This document shows, piece by piece, positions 56,180 through 64,000 of a DNA stretch of 64,000 nucleotides. The position numbers were made by a program, and so were the translations under genes. The notes under the pieces are model-generated. The model searched no databases, had not been told where the DNA came from, and saw only the letters and a list, made by a program, of their open reading frames with translations. Source of the DNA: Rhynchobatus australiae (taxonomy: Eukaryota); contig JAUZTB010000083.1 in assembly GCA_034780895.1 (NCBI GenBank), positions 3,932,019 through 3,996,018 of the forward strand, in the 5' to 3' direction. The stretch's first letter is position 1; every line of letters begins with the position of its first letter.

Positions 56180-57060
56180 CAAATAACACTGCAGATGCTG
56201 GACATCTGAATTAAAGCAAAAAATGCTGGAAATACTCAGCAGGTCAGGCAGCATCTGTGAAGGGACAATCAGTCAACAATTTGGTTGTTAACTATCCATC
56301 AGAAATGATGAGAGTAATAGAGTAATACAGCATGGAAACAAGCCCTTCAGCCCAACTTGTTAATGCCGACCAAGATGTCCCTAAGCCAGTCGTATTTGCC
56401 TACATTTGACCCATATTCCTCTAAACCTTTCCTATCCATGTACCTGTCCAAGTGTCTTTTAAATGTTGTTAATGTACCTGCCTCAACCACTTGGGCAACT
56501 CGTTCCATATAGCCCCCAGCCTAGTACGATAAGGTGAACTCTAGACCTCACAATCTACCTCGTTGTGACCTTGCACCTTATTGTCTGCCTGCACTGCACT
56601 TTCTCTGTAATTGTAGCACTTTATTCTGCATTGCGTTATTAGTTTCCCTTGTACAATCTCAATGCACTGTTGTAATAAAATTATCTGTATGAACGGTATG
56701 CAAGACAAGCTTTTCACTGTGACAATAATAAACCAATGTACCAATTTCTGCTAATTTGTGAATTACAATGCATTCATGTTGGGTCAAACAAGTTTGTTTC
56801 CATGTGATGAGGCAAAAATCTGAAATAAAAAACAGAAAATGCTGGAGATATATTTAGCAGATCAAGTAGATTCTATGTAAAGAGAAAGAGAATTAACATT
56901 TCAGTTTGATAACCTTTCATCAGAACTGGAAAAGTGGGCAAATAAGCATGTTTTAAATTGCAAAGTGGGGACGTGTTGGAGACAACAAAGGGATTGTTAG
57001 TGATAGGGAGCAGACAAGATTGTCCCGGTGACACAAATGCTCTTGTTACCACCTAAGGGA
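56180..57060. mobile_element. TE cluster: PLE repeat (-), CR1 tail (-), Rex-Babar UTR (+), PLE repeat (-)
   Basis: Each block matches a family defined elsewhere in the window. Confidence 0.75.
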
Positions 57061-57223
57061 GGATGATGAATGTCAATAACAGCTGATCTATCTAGAGGAA
57101 TGTAAACGGAGGGAAATGAATGAGAGGGTGGGGGAGAAGAGCAATCAAAAAGAGCTGATTAGCTGTCTCCTGTGTTGTTCCGTCATGGTCTGCCTCTTCT
57201 TCCCCTCTCGCCCTGTCCGGCAG

Positions 57224-57440
57224 CTCCATTGTGAATTTGCCAGGTGAGTCCACGCTCCGGCGAGACTTCCTCCGCCTGCAGCAGGAGAATAAGGAGCGCT
57301 CGGAGGCCGTGAAGCGGCAGCAGCAGCAGCAGCAGATTGCGCTGCCTCGCCGGGACCTGGAGGAACGCAGGCGGCAGCTCATCTCCGAGCGGCAGAAACG
57401 CATCGAAGAGCAGAAGGAGCAGCGGCGTCGGTTGGAAGAG
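57224..57440 (+). CDS. MINK1: Exon 12, start of coiled-coil region ([37 protein letters not shown]...EQRRRLEE)
   Basis: C-rich tract + CAG, GAG|GTAAAA donor, 217 nt; [13 protein letters not shown] motif. Confidence 0.95.
57318..57335 (+). repeat. Coding (CAG)6 polyglutamine tract
   Basis: Six uninterrupted CAG codons in exon 12. Confidence 0.95.
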
Positions 57441-60362
57441 GTAAAAAGAAACGTTCTCGGGAACATTTCTGTTCGGTTTTACTGCAGTAGAGGTCATAAG
57501 TGATGTCGGCAGATTCTGGAGTAATGCTATGGCATCTCAGTGGAATGTTTGCTCTTTGTGAAGAAGTATTCCTGTCCATTGTTAACCTCAGGGTTACTTA
57601 GTGCATTTCACTCCAAGAACACACAATAACATGGGAAGTCACTTTCACTTTTGTCTGGCCTGGTCCTTTGTGCAGAATTTGGCCTTTATTAGGTGGACTG
57701 CCTCACGTGCATAATGAAATCTGGATTGATTTACCATACAGTTCACTGAATAAACCTTATTTCTGGTTGCTGTTGGCTGTCTCATGTGCACACCATCCTT
57801 TCAAATCTGTCACCCAAGATAAAGTCGTTGACTCCCGCAAGCATATTCTGTTCACCCTCTTCACCGCTCTCTGAGCCTGCACAGATCGGTCTCTCTTTTT
57901 CATCCCCACCCTACCTCAGACATTCCCTTCGTTCTCTCCACTCTCTTAAAAGCTTGATTTCTAACTTCCAGTTCTGATGAAAGATCGTCAACCTGTAAGT
58001 TAACTCTGTTTCTGTCTCCGCAGATGCTGAGCCTTTCCAGAAGTTTTTGTTTTTAACCTCAGATTTAAAATTCTGCAGCTTTTTTTTTGCTTTTTGATCT
58101 CCATTTGCTTCCTAAATAGGCACAATTCCTAATAATGTCGACACAAATCTAAATTGGTGGCCATGCCATGGCTATAAGAATGTTCTGAAAAAGTGAGGTG
58201 GAAATGTTGTAGTGGCACAGTTACTGCTTTTGAGGTTACAGGGCAGAACGTTTTGCTTCAGTGAAGCTATGAGGAGCTTTTGAACTGGAAGTGCTGGCAA
58301 CTAATGCTGACTGCCAGAAATAGAGAAGTGATCCATTCTCCACAATTAAGAATTCACTGAAATGTTAACTGGCATTAATTCTGCATCACTCAGGATTCAT
58401 CAAACCTGCAAAAGCAGCAGAGACACTGGCTTTTTTTTAATTAAGGTCACAGTCTGACACTGCATTTCAAATTGTCTTTCAGTCACAATTTGTCAACCAG
58501 ATCCTCATAATTAACGCATACTGTGCAGTATTTCATAAAAGACTTCATGTGTCTGATAGTGAACCTGGATGCTAAGGTCTAAATCTCTGTTTGACGCATT
58601 TATTACCTGTTGCCTTTTTTTTAAAACCAGCACTTAAGCATTTGCTGCTCAATATTTATGAAAGTGGACAACATAAAAGTGATTTATTTTTGATGTGTCC
58701 AAAGCACGGTTGTAAATATTGGAGAAATATTGTTCTCTCACGTGCTTTTGTGGTCACCACACACAAGATGAGCAATTGAGTGTAGTGTAGTTTGCATGAG
58801 GATCTTAAAACACTCCATGTAGCTGAGTTGTTAACTGCTCACTGCTTTACTTTCTGCTTGGGTGATTTTTAATTAGTTTTCAGATTCATTTTTATGATGA
58901 GAGGTTCAACTCCATAATAACCGCATCTGCTTGGCCTCGCACAAAATCGGTCACATTAATGGGGCTATTTCATCAATCTTAATTCACCCATTCAGAAAGA
59001 TCCTGCAGTCTCCCAACCTCAGATTCCAGTTGTTTTTCATAAAATGCTAGTTAGTGTTTGCCATCTCTGGAAGTCTGTTCCATACCATGTCCAGTCCTAG
59101 ATTTTGTTGTTTTGTTGGTCTGAGTTTTTGGTTCCATGTTCTACTTGCAAAGAATTGCATTGAATTTGCAGCATGGATGTAAACACGAGCCTTCCTCCCA
59201 CCTCTCTCGATCTATTAGAAATAGTTTTTCTTATCTCTTAACTCTCCTTTACATCTCTAAGCGCGTGCCTTTGTCATCCTTTCAGACTGAAAAGCCCAAG
59301 CTTTTTATTTCATAAAACTAATCTCTGACCAGGAATCAAGTTCGTGGCTCTACGCTGCTTAGACCATTTGAACTGTATTGCACCAGCAACCAGACCTAGG
59401 CGAAAAGCATCAAAGTACAGACAGTCAGAGAAAGCCACGTTGAAAGCCACTTTGGTATCCCTGGATGACAAAAGTATCCTTCAATGTGACATTCTCTAAT
59501 CGGATGCTCTATTCCCTTTTCCCTTTTAAAGTATTTGTTAAAACCCACTTTTTCGACCAAACTAATGTTTTTAAAATGACTCCTGTACGATGTCCTTGGA
59601 CGATGCATCATGTTTAAGCTGCTGTATAAATATGTTATTGTCGCTAATCTGGCTCTGTAACTCGGTAGTTGCTGCAAGTAAGCAACCACAATGGGAAGAT
59701 CACTTGGTTCAATTGCCATAATCGGCCAAAATTCAGGCAACATCCATTGCTTAGTTGGAAACATGTTCCTCCTTTCCAATGATGGGGTCAGTTTCCACTC
59801 AAGATCTTGGAGCCCATTATCCATACTCCCGTTGCCGTACTGGTGGAGTCCTAAACTGTAGAAGGTGGTGTTTGATGAGACCTAAAATGAGCCACATCTG
59901 TCCTCTTGTGTGAAGATAGAAGATACCATTGAAGAAGAGCAGAGGAGTTAGCTCTACTCCTGGCCTATTTTTTCCCTTCATTTTTTAAAAAAAGAAATAG
60001 GCTAACTATTATTAGTGCAGAAGCTACACTGCAACTATGACTGCAGGTCAAAAGTCATTGGTTGTAAAGTATTAATGGAGGTTCTTGGTTTACAAAAGAT
60101 ATTTTGTAGAACTCAGTCTATGTTACATAGAGGCAAGTGCATGCGGGCTGCCTTCATAGGAAGCCATGCTGAAGAGTTCCCACCATTGCTGCCCAGTCCT
60201 GCTAAAGCATAAGAAAGTTAGGAAGGAAAATAGCCTAACTAGCGTTTGGTTTGACTGAAGTGGTTGTGGCATTAAGTAAGAACCTGAGGCGCAGGTACAG
60301 TCCTTTAATTTGGTATGCACGTTGTGTGCTAAAGAAAATTAAACCACCACTTTAACTTTCAG

Positions 60363-60479
60363 CAACAGCGCAGAGAACGAGAGCTTCGGAAGCAGCAGGA
60401 AAAAGAGCATCAGCGGCAGTTAGATGAGATGCAGCAGCTTCGCAGGGAAGAGGAGAGGAGACAAGCTGAGAGAGAGCAG
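60363..60479 (+). CDS. MINK1: Exon 13 (QQRRERELRKQQEKEHQRQLDEMQQLRREEERRQAEREQ)
   Basis: TTTCAG acceptor, CAG|GTATAA donor, 117 nt; LRREEERRQAEREQ is MINK1-type. Confidence 0.93.
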
Positions 60480-61988
60480 GTATAAACCCTACCTGCAGCA
60501 ACATAATTAATCTTTCACCAATTGCAGTTGGGAAAGAGGTATTATGTGGCGCTTGCAGTTGGACTTTTATCTTCTTCAAAATACTTTTGCTCTGAAGGTC
60601 CATATTCAGTTTCTAGCCTTTTCTGANNNNNNNNNNNNNNNNNNNNNNNNNNNNNNNNNNNNNNNNNNNNNNNNNNNNNNNNNNNNNNNNNNNNNNNNNN
60701 NNNNNNNNNNNNNNNNNNNNNNNNNNCTAAGGCAATATCAAAGCACCTATGATGTCCCTGGATGACAAAGGTAGCAATTCAACCAGAGCCTGCCAACTCT
60801 CCTACTTGTTTTTAGTTTTTCATTCTAAAATGCATTTGTGAGAGTGTCAGGTGGTTCAGACCCTGCAGAGGCTTTCCTTCATACAGTAGGCTGCTTTTAC
60901 TCACTGGCTTGTCTTGTACAGGAAGAAGGATGCTGATTCCCATAGGACTGTGCTGTGGTAGGAACTGATGCCATCGGGGAGAGCAGAAGGGAGAGAAATC
61001 TAACCGCATGTCCCTCGTATGATCGCGCACGCACCCTCATTTGCAACATTTGTTGAAGGTCCCCCAACACAAACTGTTCTTCACTCACCCATTCATTTAG
61101 TTTGCCTTTATGGTTATTACAGGATTGTTGGTGCATTCTGACAGTCAAACATAGTTCTCCACATGTTATAAGGATTCTTATTTAATGAATGTTTTTCAGT
61201 CCTTTAAAGTGTCGGCTTGCAAGCTTAAAGGATCCAAAAACAGCAGATTTTTGTGTTGGACATAGTTTGACCCAAAAGAAAAGGGAAATTTTTTTTGACA
61301 ACGTATGTGAAGACCCATTTTTACTACTGTAGTTATCAAACTCTTGTTTGAATCAGTCTATATACCATCTAATCTTATGAACTACCATTTCAAGTTGCAT
61401 TATACTCACTGAGACTGTAATGAGCAAATGTAAATCAATTGTAAAACCAATTAACAGACAATTTTTTAACCTACAAAGTAAAATCTTTTATGTGAAATTA
61501 TCTGCCTTTTTTTTTGAAGGTGGATAAGGCAGGTTGGAGAATGGCTCCTTTACTGTACATTCACTTGTCTTTTAGGCAGCTTTTTGTAATATCCCTTATT
61601 TTGATGTAGAATCAAGTTTACCCTGCTAGCTTCAAGGACCTGCTTCAATCCCAGCCTCAGAATCCCATATTTGAAGCTTTCACAGTTTGTCTTCATTCCG
61701 TTTGCGCGTATCTTTGTCCCAGATCTTATTTCCATCAGTCAAGTCTTTCAGTAACCATATTCATTTTGGTATTCTCTGTATCAAATGCTTCAAGTTTTCA
61801 GTGGGATATGACTGTACTGATTTCCCTTCAATCAGTTGAAAAACTCGAAATGCAGAGTGCTAATTTTTCCCCCCAAAGTTTTACTTAAAGAAGTTTAATT
61901 TGTATCAATGGACAAGGGTATTTTTTTTTTCTGATTGTTACCTTTCTTTTTCTGCTTCCGTGAATCATTTTGCATTCTCTGTTCCTAG

Positions 61989-62075
61989 GAGTACATAAGG
62001 CACCAATTAGAGGAGGAGCAGAGGCAGTTAGAGATTCTTCAGCAGCAGCTACTGCAAGAACAGGCTCTGCTTCTG
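61989..62075 (+). CDS. MINK1: Exon 14 (EYIRHQLEEEQRQLEILQQQLLQEQALLL)
   Basis: Long pyrimidine tract + TAG, CTG|GTAAAT donor, 87 nt, symmetric phase 0. Confidence 0.94.
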
Positions 62076-62200
62076 GTAAATGGTGCAGGATGCAAATCCT
62101 CATCCCTTTCATATCATCCCAAGGTGTCTGCTCCTATCCCTTATAGGGGTCATGCAACATTTTCACAGGAGTAACCAGGGTGTTTTCCTTTCTGACTCCT

Positions 62201-62225
62201 CCTCTCTCTCTCTCTCTCTCTCTCT
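62201..62225. repeat. (CT)n microsatellite
   Basis: Direct reading. Confidence 0.9.
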
Positions 62226-62862
62226 TTACTCCCCAAGAGCACCCCCTTTCCCGTGCCCCCAACCCCTCAAGAAAAGTGCAGTTCCAGTTATTTAAAGTAT
62301 ATTTTCCAGAATCTGAGGTGAGTGTAGGATCTTTAGCTGTTGTGATAATATTTTAAATGTCCAAATGAAATATGCGTCTTTGGATACATATCAGCATAAG
62401 ATTTAAGCAACAGATTTATCTAAGTCTTTATGTTAAAATTCTTAGGGGAGAAAGCACGACACTGGAAAGTTGTTACCAATAGCCACTTTGGCTTAGGTGG
62501 GATAGTGCATAGAGACAGAGATGCCATGAGTCCAGTGGTGAATACTTGCCTTCTAGTGCCCCCATAATAGCTTGATCCCTAATGTGATCTCTGCAACAAA
62601 AATTGATATCTGTGGGATCGTTATGTCCTCTTTTGCGTGTGTGTGTAAGAATGATTTTTTTTTATTTTTTTATTGTTAGGTCCTTATGTCGACATGCTAA
62701 CTGGCAAGGTACACAGGTTTGGACATTGTTTCCCCCCATCCCTTCCCATTTCTGCTCTGCCCACCCCAGGATTACTCTACGTACTCTTGTAAAACAAATA
62801 TTGAATGACCCCTTCAATCCATTTCCATCTCACTACAAGACCAATCCTTCAATGTCTTATCC

Positions 62863-62893
<31 letters not shown>

Positions 62894-62939
62894 GCGTGTG
62901 TGTGTGTGCGTGTGCGTGCGCGCGCGTGTGTATGTGTGT
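62863..62939. repeat. Compound (TG)n/(CG)n microsatellite
   Basis: About 77 nt of alternating purine-pyrimidine sequence. Confidence 0.95.
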
Positions 62940-64000
62940 ATCCTTTTGCAGATTGTCCTAGTAACCAGTGCTATTAAACCCTTTTTTTTTGGTTCAGTTT
63001 AAATCCCAATCAGCAACCAATTTGCATTAAGGCATGGAGTGCAAATAGGATCTTAATTTGGAGTGAATCTGAAGTCAACATTTGGCCCCTTAGTGGCAGC
63101 AATGGAGTTAGCAGATTTAGTGTGCCAATGTCCTTCTGGGCAATCAACTTTTCTGGATGCGTGCTTCCACCACAAACTTGAGCTTTGAATTGTTCATAGG
63201 ATGCAAAGGAGTTGTTTGAATGAAGGGAGGGAATAAATCTGGACATTGACAGAGATCTGTGAGCAGATTGCTTGCTGGACATCTTCAATCAATGTAAGAG
63301 ATGGGTGGCAAATGCAGTCCAAGAGAAGGGGAAGAATTATCTGCAAATGGATCATTTAAGATGAGAAAAAAAAGCTGCCCCAAAGGGGAATTGGATTCAC
63401 TCTAACTCCAGACTGAATTTAGATCAAGCATGTGCCAGCTTTTTGATCTGTACTCATTCTGGAGTTCTACTAGTGCATGCGGTTTTGTAATGAACATGAT
63501 TTTTTTTCCTGAAACTTTGAGCATTGCAGACTTCGGAATGCTTTATCTGAGGATATTTTGTGTGCTGACCGTGGTAACTTTGTCTAAATTAGATGACTGC
63601 ACCCAGCTATACTAAGTCTGTTCAAAAATCCGCGATGATGAACTAAAAGATTTTGGAATTAATACCTTGGGTGTGCAGAAAAATCCTGGTTTAAAATTCC
63701 AGCAAAGAGCCCTGACAGTGACTCCCGCCAATTAAGCCTCATCCTATACTTGTTGGCAAGTTCAGGGACTTTTGCTGAGTGGGAAGGTGGTTCTGTTCCT
63801 TAATTATAGGTGCACCAGACAATTCTGGACCACAAAAATGGAATGCACTAGAGGGCCAGAATATTGTACTAATCCTCTGCCCCAATCCAATACTCCTCTC
63901 TTGTTATTTACCCTCTCTCTATGTACGAGATTGACTCAGCCTTTTAACCACATCCTGGTGAAGCTGAATCAAAGTGATTGGTGTTAACCAGACTGGATAA

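Noticed and set aside
57092-57497. Antisense ORFs of 104-124 aa over exon 12
   Set aside because: Expected shadow of a GC-rich, stop-poor coding exon
62603-62977. 124-aa ORF with CVCVC repeats
   Set aside because: Translation of the TG microsatellite

Overview
Vertebrate genomic DNA from a cartilaginous fish, probably a ray or shark, inferred from its repeat families (HE1/V-SINE, Deu-domain SINE, CR1, Rex-Babar, RTE, Tx1, Penelope). The assembly is a draft with many 10-N and 100-N gaps. The whole window lies inside one + strand gene, a GCK-IV Ste20 kinase best matching MINK1 (paralogs MAP4K4 and TNIK). I can read coding exons 3-9 and 11-14 in full with GT-AG boundaries and consistent phases. 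Only the last 11 nt of exon 10 are visible; the rest is hidden in a gap. Exon numbering follows human gene structure. The introns are mostly decayed retroelements, and nearly all listed ORFs are TE remnants or noise. The most notable non-coding signal is about 10 Penelope-derived terminal repeats carrying minimal type-I hammerhead-ribozyme motifs. They occur in tandem, as fold-back hairpins, and as an inverted pair around a CpG-rich exon 12. TE boundaries are approximate and family calls come from recalled motifs, not database searches.
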